Below are positions 41,177 through 51,171 of a stretch of DNA of 64,000 nt, piece after piece (within the stretch, counting starts at the first letter, position 1; each line of letters opens with the position of its first letter). Origin of the DNA: Candidatus Latescibacterota bacterium. GTDB taxonomy: Bacteria; Latescibacterota; UBA2968; UBA8231. The translations under genes were made by a program, and so were the position numbers. The stretch covers positions 3,072,001-3,136,000 of the forward strand of contig OZ244561.1 of the NCBI GenBank assembly GCA_965217585.1, read 5' to 3'. The notes under the pieces are model-generated. The model ran no database searches. It was not told the origin of the DNA and saw nothing but the letters and a program-made list of their open reading frames with translations.

Positions 41177-42123
41177 TTGCCTTAGCCATTGCTTTCTTGC
41201 TGCCCACCGCTGGTTTGGCTCTAGCGGACCAAGGCGACGCAGCGCTGCGTCGCACACTCTATGCCACTCTGCAAGAGCAACTCGCACAACAGGCCAGCTA
41301 TTCGCAAGATCTCCTAAATAGGATCGCGCAAGAAAGTGGCGTCCCCGTAGAAGAGTTGCGCCCCCGGCTCCAGGGAATGCTCGACTCACTAATGGTTCAG
41401 CGCGAAGCCGAGACGGATGCTTGGGGAATGCTGCTTTTGCAGGGCGGACCAAACATTGCGCCCGAGCGCGCAGACAAGCTAACCGCCTACTTGGTCAAGG
41501 AGAGCCGCAACGTGCTCGCTAACGAAAACAACATCCTGCTCGAAAAGAGGATCAAAAAGGTGGCGCGCAAGGCCAAGGTGCCCTTCTTCCAGAGCCGCGC
41601 CTATATCCTCAGAGCCCTCGCATGGGCGGTCGCCAGCAGCGCACCCCAAGAGCAGGAAAAGCAGCCCCTACACTTCTTGGTCGTCGGCCATACCAACCCC
41701 TTTGAGGTCGCGCTTGATCCTCTTTTCCTATTCTTTGACACCGAGGACGAAGCCTTCGTGCGCGAACAGGTCCGCGAAGTCCAGCGATTTCTCGTGCCGG
41801 CACTGGTCCGGCGGCTACCCGAATTAGACGCCATTCGCTGGGCCGTGCGCGAACGCGAGTCTAACGCCCTCGTGATTCCCGACTATCAACTTCGGGTCGG
41901 AATCGACGAACTCCGCTTCGCTGGCTCCAACCTCGACCTCAAGCCCTGTATTGAGACCACCCTCGAAGTGACGCAGTGGGAATCCCAAGTCCGCTTGATG
42001 GAGGAACCGTTCTCCTTCTGTAGCGAAGAGCACGGCTCGGCCACCTCCCGCGAACTGGCTCCTTTCTGGGACGAGGCTGCCGACGCGATTGGGGTACACG
42101 TGCTGGCGCGGCTGGGGCGCTAG
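41173..42123 (+). CDS. Secreted hypothetical protein
   Basis: Signal peptide; start overlaps the GNAT stop (ATGA). Confidence 0.7.
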   Translation: MIALAIAFLLPTAGLALADQGDAALRRTLYATLQEQLAQQASYSQDLLNRIAQESGVPVEELRPRLQGMLDSLMVQREAETDAWGMLLLQGGPNIAPERADKLTAYLVKESRNVLANENNILLEKRIKKVARKAKVPFFQSRAYILRALAWAVASSAPQEQEKQPLHFLVVGHTNPFEVALDPLFLFFDTEDEAFVREQVREVQRFLVPALVRRLPELDAIRWAVRERESNALVIPDYQLRVGIDELRFAGSNLDLKPCIETTLEVTQWESQVRLMEEPFSFCSEEHGSATSRELAPFWDEAADAIGVHVLARLGR

Positions 42124-42206
42124 TGGTCTTAATTTTTCTGCTACTTTTTTCGTTAATATTCTCCTCGCGTAAAACTTTTTGTGCTCGACCCTCGTCTTAA
42201 AGGGGT

Positions 42207-42764
42207 ATGAGCGACGCCGATCTCATCCAGCGCTTCAAGGCCGGCCAGCACCAAGCGTTCAATGCCTTGGTCTGGCGCTGGCAGGGCCGCCTCTACCGCT
42301 TTGCGCTTCGCTATAGCGGCGATTCCGAAGAAGCGCGAGACCTCTGCCAGCAGAGCTTTATCCGCGCGTATGGCCAGTTGCACCGACTGCGCGACCCCGA
42401 GCGATTTTCTACGTGGCTCTACCAGATCGCCGCCAATCTGTGCCGCGACCACCTGCGCCAGCGAGCGCAGCACGTTTCGCTCGACGCGTACGAGGAAGCA
42501 AGCGCCCAACCCCATCCAGTGCTATGCCAAGCTGCCGATATCCACAAGGACGAGCTACGCGATCTGCTCAACCGCGCCTTGCAGACCCTGCCCGAGGAAC
42601 AGCGCGTCGTCGTGGTGCTCAAGGAATACGAGGGGCTAAAGTTTCGGGAAATCGCCGAAGTGCTCGACGCCCCGCTCAACACGGTTAAGTCGCGCCTTTA
42701 CTACGGCCTTAAGGCACTGCGAAAAACCTTTAACCAGTGGGACATTGACAGAGATGGACTGTAA
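42207..42764 (+). CDS. ECF sigma-70 factor
   Basis: FSTWLYQIAANLCRD; region 4 EIAEVL...TVKSRL. Confidence 0.93.
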   Translation: MSDADLIQRFKAGQHQAFNALVWRWQGRLYRFALRYSGDSEEARDLCQQSFIRAYGQLHRLRDPERFSTWLYQIAANLCRDHLRQRAQHVSLDAYEEASAQPHPVLCQAADIHKDELRDLLNRALQTLPEEQRVVVVLKEYEGLKFREIAEVLDAPLNTVKSRLYYGLKALRKTFNQWDIDRDGL

Positions 42765-43362
42765 CATCAAAAAAGAAGACTTGCTCACCTTTTTCTACGG
42801 CGAATGCGAGGAAGGTGAACAGGAGCGCATTAAGGAACATGTGGCCACCTGCTCGGCGTGCCGCCGCGAACTCGACGCGCTCGCTAGCACACAGGCATTG
42901 CTCCGGGCTTGGCCGGACGAGGCTCCGCGCCTCGACTTGACGTTTGTCGAGGCCGAGGTGCCGCGTCGGCGCTTTCGGCTGATGGCGGGTTTGGCCGCTG
43001 TAGCGGTGGTTGCGCTGGCTCTCTTTTTGGCGTGGCCGGAGTTTGAACTCAGCTACCGCGCCGGTGAACTCGACCTCAAGTGGGGAGAAGCGCTGGCGGA
43101 CGAACCACTGACTCGGGCGGAAGTGCTGGCCACACAGGAGGGCACCATCGCGTTAATGAACCAACTTCTGCGGGACTCTGAGGTGCGCCAGCAGCGCGTC
43201 TTCGACCATTTGCTGACCGAGATCCAAGCCCAGCGCTATCGAGACTTGCAACTCATCAACCGCCAGTTCGAACAGTTCGACCGCGAGATCTACATCCACT
43301 TGCGTCGCAACGAAGCACCCGTGCTGGAAGTGCTGCCGGCAACGCGCTATACCAACCCATAG
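42754..43362 (+). CDS. Zinc-finger anti-sigma factor (zf-HC2), membrane-anchored
   Basis: HVATCSAC (HxxxCxxC) followed by a TM helix. Confidence 0.85.
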   Translation: MDCNIKKEDLLTFFYGECEEGEQERIKEHVATCSACRRELDALASTQALLRAWPDEAPRLDLTFVEAEVPRRRFRLMAGLAAVAVVALALFLAWPEFELSYRAGELDLKWGEALADEPLTRAEVLATQEGTIALMNQLLRDSEVRQQRVFDHLLTEIQAQRYRDLQLINRQFEQFDREIYIHLRRNEAPVLEVLPATRYTNP

Positions 43363-43371
43363 GAGATTGCC

Positions 43372-44553
43372 ATGACCACGCTTTACTGCGCCATCCTAGT
43401 CGCTGGCTTCATGGCCACTGCTAGCCTCGCCGACATTGACTCCCAGCGCATGCAGCGCGACATCCGCATCATGGAGGGGGTACTCTCTAACGAAAACCTG
43501 TATTACGACGTGCCTGATGGTGCTAACTTCCGTGCCCGTGGCCTGTACCTCGACGGCTATGGGGTGCTCTTTGTGGCGGCTGGGCCGGCACCTGGGGCGG
43601 AGAGATGGGACAAATCGCTATCGCAGGGGGAATTGCTGGCTGCAATCCACGACCTGCTCGCCGAGTTTCTGGGCAACTATGCCGGCACCATTGGCCAACT
43701 TGACAAAGACGACCGGATAACGGTCCGCTACCTGCCTAAATGGCCCCTACATGCCTCCTTCGCAGATACCGTGTTCTTCGACCTTACCAAGCAAATTGAA
43801 GCGATTCCTGAACTCAGGGAGAGACGCTTCGATTTTAAGGAGTTAGTCGTGGCGTTTCCTGTTGCTGACTCTTTAACGCTTTATTCAGCCATTGACGACG
43901 AGCAAATCGCAACGATAGCCGAAGCGCGGGAGTTCCTACGGGAGGACCTAGAAAGGCTGGTAGCGGAGGGCAAAATCGACAAGTCGCTAGCGGAGGCAAT
44001 CGGAGAAGCAGACTCCCCAGTCAAGGTTCACGTCCGCGGCTATACTTCATCCCCCGCTGCAATCGCGGCCACCGTCGAAAAATCCGCCATTGACGCCTTT
44101 CGCGAGGGGCGTATCGACTCGGCCACCTTTCGCCAGCGCATCGCTTTTTCCGAGTATAAGGACTCGAGAAAGATGAAGAAAGTCGACGTCATGGCTGGCA
44201 TCCTCGCCCAAGTCTTGGGTAGGTACGACTCGCATCCTTGGTTACGCACCCAACGCACTTTGGGGATGTATCAGCCGGACGTAGGTGCCCTATTTTTTAT
44301 TAGTGACCCGATGCGCGTTTCCAACCCTTTGCCCCGCGCTTCCGCCAAAGCCAGAACCGTCGAAGCCGTCGCCGACTACGGCGCGACCCTCCACCAAGTC
44401 CAGTCCGATGAGCACGTCATCGTCGAATATCGCTCCCCGTTCTCCGCCCGCAGCGCACTGCTCAAAGTGCCTAAGTCCGCCATTGACGCCTACGCTCGCG
44501 GCGACTTGGACCTCGATGCCTTTCGCAAAAAGGCGGTGTGGGAAACGCAGTAG
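43372..44553 (+). CDS. Secreted hypothetical protein in ECF operon
   Basis: Signal peptide; internally repeated motifs GLYLDGYGVLF / GMYQPDVGALF and KSAIDAF / KSAIDAY. Confidence 0.75.
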   Translation: MTTLYCAILVAGFMATASLADIDSQRMQRDIRIMEGVLSNENLYYDVPDGANFRARGLYLDGYGVLFVAAGPAPGAERWDKSLSQGELLAAIHDLLAEFLGNYAGTIGQLDKDDRITVRYLPKWPLHASFADTVFFDLTKQIEAIPELRERRFDFKELVVAFPVADSLTLYSAIDDEQIATIAEAREFLREDLERLVAEGKIDKSLAEAIGEADSPVKVHVRGYTSSPAAIAATVEKSAIDAFREGRIDSATFRQRIAFSEYKDSRKMKKVDVMAGILAQVLGRYDSHPWLRTQRTLGMYQPDVGALFFISDPMRVSNPLPRASAKARTVEAVADYGATLHQVQSDEHVIVEYRSPFSARSALLKVPKSAIDAYARGDLDLDAFRKKAVWETQ

Positions 44554-44653
44554 AGATCTTGGTCGTGGGCGTTTCTCTCGCAATGGGGAACTATAGCGAC
44601 AGATCCCACGGATGTCTTTGGCATGGCGGTGGACAATCGCTATATTCGCCGCC

Positions 44654-45652
44654 ATGCCTACCTCAACTGAAGCAGTTCTGCCCGACAAGGACACCTGTCT
44701 GGCGCTCTATCGCCAGATGCTGGTCATCCGACGCTGCGAAGAGCAGCTTGCCCGATCTTATCAAGCCGGTCTGATCCCCGGTGCCTGCCACACGTACGTC
44801 GGCGAGGAAGCCATCGCCACCGGCGTTTGCGCCCACCTCAACGACGACGACGCAGTCTTTAGCACCCATCGCGGCCACGGCCATGCCCTCGCCAAAGGCG
44901 TCCCCCCCAAGGAGCTGATCGCCGAACTTTTCGGCAAAGCCACTGGTTGCTCGCAGGGGCGCGGCGGCTCCATGCACCTATTCTCGCCGCAAGTGGGAAT
45001 GATGGGCACCAGCGGCATCGTCGGTCCCTGCATCCTCCAAGCCGCCGGTGCTGGCTACTCCTTTAAGCTTTTGGGCGTCCCCAAGGTCGGCGTGGCCTTC
45101 TTTGGCGACGGGGCGGTAGCCAACGGAGCCTTCCACGAGGGCATCAATCTAGCGACCAACTGGCAGTTGCCAGCGCTCTTCGTCTGCGAAAACAACCTCT
45201 ACGCCACGGAAGTGGCCTTTGTCGATACCACCCGCAATCCGCAGGTGGCCAACCGCGCCGAAGCCTACGGACTGCCCGGCATTGCCATTGACGGCAACGA
45301 TATAGCTGCGGTGTACGCGGCGGCCGACGAAGCGATAACGCGCGCCCGCCAAGGCGGCGGCCCGACCCTCCTTGAGTGCAAGACCTACCGCACCCGGCCA
45401 CACGCCGAGGGAATGCGCGACGGGGGCTATCGCTCCACCGAAGAAATCGACGAGTGGAAAGAGCGCGACCCCATCCCGGCCTTCGCCCAGAGGCTACTAG
45501 CCGCAGGCCACGCCCGCCAAGAAGAACTCGACGCGATCACAGCGGACGTCACCGCGCTGATCGCCGAGGCCCTGCAATTTGCCCACGACAGCCCGTGGCC
45601 CGACCCAGCCACCGTGGCCGACCACGTCTTTAGCCAAAGGGGCAGCGCGTAA
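44654..45652 (+). CDS. TPP-dependent dehydrogenase E1 alpha (acetoin/pyruvate dehydrogenase-like)
   Basis: STHRGHGH, GRGGSMH, GDG...ENN. Confidence 0.92.
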   Translation: MPTSTEAVLPDKDTCLALYRQMLVIRRCEEQLARSYQAGLIPGACHTYVGEEAIATGVCAHLNDDDAVFSTHRGHGHALAKGVPPKELIAELFGKATGCSQGRGGSMHLFSPQVGMMGTSGIVGPCILQAAGAGYSFKLLGVPKVGVAFFGDGAVANGAFHEGINLATNWQLPALFVCENNLYATEVAFVDTTRNPQVANRAEAYGLPGIAIDGNDIAAVYAAADEAITRARQGGGPTLLECKTYRTRPHAEGMRDGGYRSTEEIDEWKERDPIPAFAQRLLAAGHARQEELDAITADVTALIAEALQFAHDSPWPDPATVADHVFSQRGSA

Positions 45653-46629
45653 TGCCCGAACTCACGTATGTAGAAGCGGCGCGCCAAGCCCTAGCCGAGG
45701 AGATGGCGCGCGACGGGACCATTTTCGTCGTCGGCGAGGGCGTTGGCCCGCGCGGCGGCAACTTCAATACCACCACCGGCCTCTTCGACCTGTACGGCCC
45801 GGAGCGCCTGCGCGACACCCCGATATGCGAGCGCGGCTTCGTCGGCTTGTGCGCTGGCGCGGCCATGACCGGTACGCGGCCCGTGGTGGATTTCATGTTC
45901 TTGGACTTCATCCTCGATGCGTTCGGCGAACTGATCAACCAGGTCGCCAAGATGCAGTACATGAGCAGTGGTCGTCTGAAAATGCCCATCGTCCTGCGCG
46001 GCTGCATTGGCGTTGGTGGCGCGGCCGCCACGCATCACTCGGGCAATTATTATCCGATCTTTACGCATCTGCCCGGCTTTAAGGTCGCGGTGCCGTCCAA
46101 CCCGTACGATGCCAAGGGCTTGCTCAAGACGGCCCTGCGCGGCGACGACCCAGTGCTCTTCCTCGAACACAAGTCCTTGCTCAACAGTCGCGGCGAAGTG
46201 CCAGAAGAGGAGTACTGCATCCCCTTTGGCCAAGCGACCGTGTGCCGCCGCGGCGAGCACCTGACTGTCGTGGCTTTGACGACCATGGTGCCCGAGACGC
46301 TCCAAGTCGCCGAGGCTCTATCCGGCGAGGGCATCTCGGTCGAAGTTATCGATCCCCGCACTACGTCTCCCCTCGACATCGAGACTGTGCTCGAATCCGT
46401 ACACCGGACGGGCCGCCTGCTGATCGTCGATGAGACCTTTGCCCCCTGCGGCATGGGCGCAGAAATCGCCGCCGCAGTGGTTGACCGGGCCTTCGACGAC
46501 CTCGACGCGCCGGTGCGCCGCCTCAACGGCGTGCATGTGCCCACGCCGTACAGCGCGCCCTTAGAGGCCGCGGTCGCGCCCAATGGGAAGGACGTAGAAC
46601 GGGCCATCCGCGACTTGATGGCTGAGTAG
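45652..46629 (+). CDS. 2-oxoacid dehydrogenase E1 beta
   Basis: DTPICE, DAKGLLK, DPVLFLEHK. Confidence 0.92.
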   Translation: MPELTYVEAARQALAEEMARDGTIFVVGEGVGPRGGNFNTTTGLFDLYGPERLRDTPICERGFVGLCAGAAMTGTRPVVDFMFLDFILDAFGELINQVAKMQYMSSGRLKMPIVLRGCIGVGGAAATHHSGNYYPIFTHLPGFKVAVPSNPYDAKGLLKTALRGDDPVLFLEHKSLLNSRGEVPEEEYCIPFGQATVCRRGEHLTVVALTTMVPETLQVAEALSGEGISVEVIDPRTTSPLDIETVLESVHRTGRLLIVDETFAPCGMGAEIAAAVVDRAFDDLDAPVRRLNGVHVPTPYSAPLEAAVAPNGKDVERAIRDLMAE

Positions 46630-46639
46630 GAGCAAGCGC

Positions 46640-47719
46640 ATGGCCGAGGCAATCGCGATGCCCCGCCTGGGGTGGACCATGGAGGAGGGCACCCTCGTCG
46701 AGTGGCTCAAAGCCGACGGCGACGCGGTCGAGGTGGGCGAAATCCTCTTTACGGTGGAAAGCGACAAGGCCCTCAACGAGATCGAGACCTTTTCCGGCGG
46801 CATCCTGCGCATCCCCCCGGACGCGCCCCAACCCGGCGATACCGTGCCGGTGGGCACCTTGCTGGGCTATCTGTTGCAGCCCGGCGAGGAAATGCCGACT
46901 GCGCCGGCTCCGACTCCCGCAGCAGAGCCGGTTCCAACTCCTGCGGATCCCGCGCCCGTAGTAAAGCCGGTTCCAACTCCTGCGGCCTCATCCGCAGGGC
47001 CCACCATCAGTCCTCGCGCCCGGCGCGTGGCCTCGGCGCTTGGGGTGGAATGGCGCGTGCTCACCGGCAGCGGGCGCACGGGCCGGATCGTCGAGCGCGA
47101 TGTCCGCGCGGCTGCCGCTCGCAGCGGCCAAACGGCCCCCGCGATCCTGACGACCGAAGCAGACGCCACCGAGCTGGTGACGTTGCGCCCGCTGCTCAAG
47201 GCGGAGGATGCGCCGGCACCTGCCTATCACCACCTGATTGCCAAGCTGGCGGTCGTCGCCTTAACCGAGCATCCTCAGTTGAATGCCACGGGGGCTGAGG
47301 CCGTCCATCTCAGCCTCGCCGTAGATACGGGCGAGGACTTGGCCGTTCCGGTTATCCGCGACGCGCATACCAAGAGCTGGGCCGAACTCGCGGTCGCGGC
47401 GCGCTCCCTAGCGCTGCAGGCGCGGCGGTGCACTTTGGAGCCGGAGGCCGTGCAGGGCGGCACCTTTGCCATCGCCAATCTCGGCATGTACGGCATCGAC
47501 GCCTTTACTCCCATCCTCCGTCCTCCCCACCGCGCCACATTGGGGCTGGGGCGCATTGCCGAGCGCCCGGCCGTGCGCGAGGGCCGCGTGGTGCCACGAG
47601 CGTTGATCGCTTTGAGCTTGACGGTTGAGAGCCGACTGCTCGAAAACGGCGCGGCGGCCCGCTTTCTCGACCGCCTGCGGTCCTTGATTGAGCAGCCTGA
47701 ATTGGGGCTGGAGGAATAG
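46640..47719 (+). CDS. E2-like protein: lipoyl and E3-binding domains with a degenerate acyltransferase domain
   Basis: Lipoyl ESDKA, Pro/Ala linker, GSGRTGRIVERDV. The DHRxxDG motif is replaced by ESRLLENG. Confidence 0.82.
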   Translation: MAEAIAMPRLGWTMEEGTLVEWLKADGDAVEVGEILFTVESDKALNEIETFSGGILRIPPDAPQPGDTVPVGTLLGYLLQPGEEMPTAPAPTPAAEPVPTPADPAPVVKPVPTPAASSAGPTISPRARRVASALGVEWRVLTGSGRTGRIVERDVRAAAARSGQTAPAILTTEADATELVTLRPLLKAEDAPAPAYHHLIAKLAVVALTEHPQLNATGAEAVHLSLAVDTGEDLAVPVIRDAHTKSWAELAVAARSLALQARRCTLEPEAVQGGTFAIANLGMYGIDAFTPILRPPHRATLGLGRIAERPAVREGRVVPRALIALSLTVESRLLENGAAARFLDRLRSLIEQPELGLEE

Positions 47720-47728
47720 GCGCGTCCC

Positions 47729-50128
47729 TCACTCCAGCATCGTCTGCACGACCATGCCCGCGCCGTCAATCCGCACTTGCACCGCGCCGGTATAGTCGGT
47801 GCGCAGCACCCGCGCCCCCTGCGCTACATAGCGCGCGACGACCTCGGGGGCTGGGTGCTTGAACTTGTTGCCCTCCCCCAGCGACATCACTGCCACCGCG
47901 GGCGCGACCGCTGCGATAAAAAGCGGCTGCGACGAGGTGCGCGAGCCGTGGTGAGCCACCTTGAGCAAGCGCGCCTGCAGCCGCGGTCCCCAAGCGAGGA
48001 TCGCCGGATCGGTCTCTTGCTCTACGTCGCCGGTAAAGAGCACCCGCACCGTTCCGTGCTGCAAGCTAAAGGCCACCGAGCCGTTATTGAGGCCAAAAGG
48101 GGCGCCGCCGTCTGCATCGACAAAGTCCGCAGTCGGATGCAGGACGAGTCCCGCGACCCCGCCCAATCCCGCCAAGCTGTCGCCCGCCGCGACCCGGTGG
48201 TAGCGTACCCCCCGCTCGGCGATGAGTTCCCGCAAACGCTGCGCCGTCCACGAGCCATAGACTTGTCCGCTGTCGAGAAAGTGGCCGACTTCCATTTGCT
48301 CCAACAGGGCTACTAACCCGCCGATGTGGTCGTTGTGTGGATGCGAGGCCACGACGATATCGACCCGCCGGACGCCCATGTAGCGCAAGAAAGGCAACAG
48401 CACCTGTTCGCCGTAGTCGAAGTATTCGCTACGCTCGCCGCCATCGACGACCATGGTTTTGCCGTCGGGGAAGCGCACAAAAGCCGCGTCGCCTTGGCCC
48501 ACGTCCAAGAAGACGATCTCCAAGTCGCGGGAGCGGAGCGCGTAGGTCCACACCGCGACATTGAGCCAGACGAGCGCCGTGAAAATGGCCGTCTTGCGCG
48601 CCCACGCTCGGTGGGGCAGGAGCGGGCCGAGCAGGCAGAGTGCGGCGGCCACTGCGACGAAGAGCACCCCCGGGCGCGGCACGGCCACAGACGCAAAGGG
48701 CAGCGAGGCCCACCACGAGACTAGCTCGATCAGCCCCACGAGGACCAAGTAATTGGCGGCGTTGAACGCAGTGGCGATCCAAGGCAAAATCCAACCCGTC
48801 AACGCGGCCAGCAAGCCCAAGCCTACGGCGACCGCCAAGAGTGGCACTACCACTATATTGGCCACCACGGCCCCGAGTGCTAGCTGCTGAAAGGAATAGG
48901 CGATCAAAGGCCCAGTGCCGAGCTGGGCCGCCAGCGAGGCGCACAGCGGGCTGACGACCCAGCGGCCGACCCGGCTGTCGGCGCGTTGATAGGCTGCGGG
49001 GAAAAGCGAGGCGAGCGGTCCGTGCAAGGCGACGATGGCCCACGTCGCGCCAAAGGAGAGCTGGAAGCTCAGGCTCCACGGACTCTCCGGCCATATCACC
49101 AAGATCGCTAGCGCCGCCAGCCCAAGGGTGTTGTAGATGTCGCCCTGCCGCCGGAGCACCCGCCCCAACAGCACCACCGTCCCCATCAGCACCGCCCGCA
49201 CCACCGGCACCTGCGCCCCGGTTGCGAGGGCATAGAGCGCCAGCGCGGCGATGGTGGCCGCGGAACTCGGCCGGTCGGCGAGCCGCAGGAGCCGGAACCC
49301 GAAGAAGAAAAACCCGCCCACCATTCCGACGTGGAGTCCGCTGACCACGAGCGCGTGCGCCAGCCCGGTGCCGCGAAACGCAGCGCGCACCTCTTCGGGA
49401 ATCCGCTGCTTCTCTCCTAAGAGTACGCCCAACAGTAGTCCGGCCGGCGCTCCTGAGAGGTTGCGCTCAATGCTCTGGCGCACGGCGCGTCTGAGGGGGA
49501 GCACCACGCCTTCGTACAACCAGTGCCCGGGCAAGCGCTCTACGGACCCGACCTGTTCGGGTTTGCCGACGAAGAGCGTGCCGTAGATGTCCTGCTCGGC
49601 CAAAAAGGCTCGGTAGTCGAAGCCGCCTAAATTGCGGACTGGTCGGGGCCGTTGCAGCTTCCCGCGCAGGGACACGCGGTCGCCGTAATCGGCGGGCAAG
49701 TACACGTCTTTTACCGTGACTAGCACCTGCCCGCTCAAGTGGTAAATGGCGCTGTCGGCGACCACCTGTTCCAGCTCTATGGCAAAGCGCACTCGCTCGT
49801 CGCCGCGCTCCGGTTCTTGGACGATGCGCCCGGTGACCACGCCGCGCTGGCCAAATACCTCGAGCGCGACTAAGTGCGGCAAAGGGGACAGGGCTGTGTC
49901 GATGTGGTAACGCAGCGCGCCTAACAGGACGACGACCACCCACAGCAACCAACCCGCCCAGCGCGCCTGGCGGTAGAAGCCTGCGGCCGCGCCGACAAGT
50001 GCCAACCCGCTCAGGGCCGCCGATGCAACCAAGCCCATCTCCACAGTCCGCCCCAAGAAAATGCCAATTCCGAATCCGAGGGCCGTCCACAGCGCGGGCC
50101 GTCGGCGCGTCTTTTTGCTCGCGGACAT
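47729..50128 (-). CDS. comEC: DNA uptake competence protein ComEC/Rec2
   Basis: HALVVSGLHVG, FQLSF, LDVGQGD, SHPHNDHIGG, KVAHHGS. Confidence 0.94.
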   Translation of the reverse strand: MSASKKTRRRPALWTALGFGIGIFLGRTVEMGLVASAALSGLALVGAAAGFYRQARWAGWLLWVVVVLLGALRYHIDTALSPLPHLVALEVFGQRGVVTGRIVQEPERGDERVRFAIELEQVVADSAIYHLSGQVLVTVKDVYLPADYGDRVSLRGKLQRPRPVRNLGGFDYRAFLAEQDIYGTLFVGKPEQVGSVERLPGHWLYEGVVLPLRRAVRQSIERNLSGAPAGLLLGVLLGEKQRIPEEVRAAFRGTGLAHALVVSGLHVGMVGGFFFFGFRLLRLADRPSSAATIAALALYALATGAQVPVVRAVLMGTVVLLGRVLRRQGDIYNTLGLAALAILVIWPESPWSLSFQLSFGATWAIVALHGPLASLFPAAYQRADSRVGRWVVSPLCASLAAQLGTGPLIAYSFQQLALGAVVANIVVVPLLAVAVGLGLLAALTGWILPWIATAFNAANYLVLVGLIELVSWWASLPFASVAVPRPGVLFVAVAAALCLLGPLLPHRAWARKTAIFTALVWLNVAVWTYALRSRDLEIVFLDVGQGDAAFVRFPDGKTMVVDGGERSEYFDYGEQVLLPFLRYMGVRRVDIVVASHPHNDHIGGLVALLEQMEVGHFLDSGQVYGSWTAQRLRELIAERGVRYHRVAAGDSLAGLGGVAGLVLHPTADFVDADGGAPFGLNNGSVAFSLQHGTVRVLFTGDVEQETDPAILAWGPRLQARLLKVAHHGSRTSSQPLFIAAVAPAVAVMSLGEGNKFKHPAPEVVARYVAQGARVLRTDYTGAVQVRIDGAGMVVQTMLE

Positions 50129-50241
50129 ACCAAGTCCAACCGCAAAAATCGTTCCAACTCGACAGGACGGCGGGCACGTCTATATTCAATACCTAGGCTA
50201 TCGCAATTTGCACTTCAGCCTTAGAAACGGAGGTTCAACCT

Positions 50242-50454
50242 ATGAAAAAGGCAATTGTCTCCCGCAATCCGGCGGTTATGAACGGCACCTTAGTTTTTGC
50301 CGGAACCCGCGTTCCCGTTGAAATTTTGATTCAGCATATTGTCGCTGGAGATTCGCTCGACAAATTCCTTGAAGACTTCCCCACTGTATCACGTGAGCAA
50401 GCCATCGCCTATCTAGAGATGACGCTGGAAGTAGCGGATGCGCGTGCTGCTTGA
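50242..50454 (+). CDS. DUF433 antitoxin-like protein
   Basis: GTLVFAGTRVPV...DFPTV. Confidence 0.88.
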   Translation: MKKAIVSRNPAVMNGTLVFAGTRVPVEILIQHIVAGDSLDKFLEDFPTVSREQAIAYLEMTLEVADARAA

Positions 50455-50761
50455 CGAGAATCTACCGTACAAACTGAGGCCACTTTTTGAGGCAGGGGTC
50501 GAAGTTATTACGGTTGGCTATCGGGGTTGGAAGGGAAGGGAGAATGGAGAATTGTTAAAGAGCGCGGAGAGCGAATTCGATGTCTTGGTCACAATGGACC
50601 AAGGCATTCCGCAGCAGCAAAACCTCAGCGAGATTAAGATGGGCATTGTGTTATTGGAAGCGACGGGCAATCGTTACGAAGATCTCGCGCCACTGATGGA
50701 TCAAGTCAATACCGCACTGAGAACAATCGAGAAAGGGCAAGTCATATCTGTCAGGGTTTAA
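50438..50761 (+). CDS. DUF5615 PIN-like toxin
   Basis: VLLDENLP, NGELL, LVTMD, QQNL. Overlaps the DUF433 gene. Confidence 0.86.
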   Translation: MRVLLDENLPYKLRPLFEAGVEVITVGYRGWKGRENGELLKSAESEFDVLVTMDQGIPQQQNLSEIKMGIVLLEATGNRYEDLAPLMDQVNTALRTIEKGQVISVRV

Positions 50762-50790
50762 CAAGCCGCTACAGATAGAGCCGATAGATC

Positions 50791-51102
50791 ATGACAGACT
50801 CCACACCTATGCTCCGAGGCAAAGACCGCCGCTACTTGCGCGGCTTAGGCAACGCGCTGCGCCCGACTGTGTATTTGGGCAAAGAAGGGCTTTCCGCCGC
50901 CGTTATCCGCTCGCTCAACGAAGCCTACGCCAATAGCGAGTTGGTCAAGGTGCGCTGCGAGCGCAATAGCCCCCTCGACCGCCGCGAAGCCGGCGCACAG
51001 CTTGCCGCCGCTACTGAGGCACATCTTGTGCAGGTCTTAGGCAACACCCTGCTCCTCTATCGCCCCGACCCCGACGATCCCCGAATCGTGCTGCCCGAAT
51101 AG
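50791..51102 (+). CDS. yhbY: YhbY/CRM-domain RNA-binding protein
   Basis: LRPTVYLGKEGL, ELVKV, VQVLGNTLLLYR. Confidence 0.88.
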   Translation: MTDSTPMLRGKDRRYLRGLGNALRPTVYLGKEGLSAAVIRSLNEAYANSELVKVRCERNSPLDRREAGAQLAAATEAHLVQVLGNTLLLYRPDPDDPRIVLPE

Positions 51103-51171
51103 AGGCAACGCGGCGCTGACGGCAATCGGCGATCGGGTGATTTCCTACTGCTGCTAACGAGGACCACTATC

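Noticed and set aside
46903-46990. Repeated CCGGTTCCAACTCCTGCGG units
   Set aside because: They encode the ordinary Pro/Ala/Thr linker of the E2 protein.
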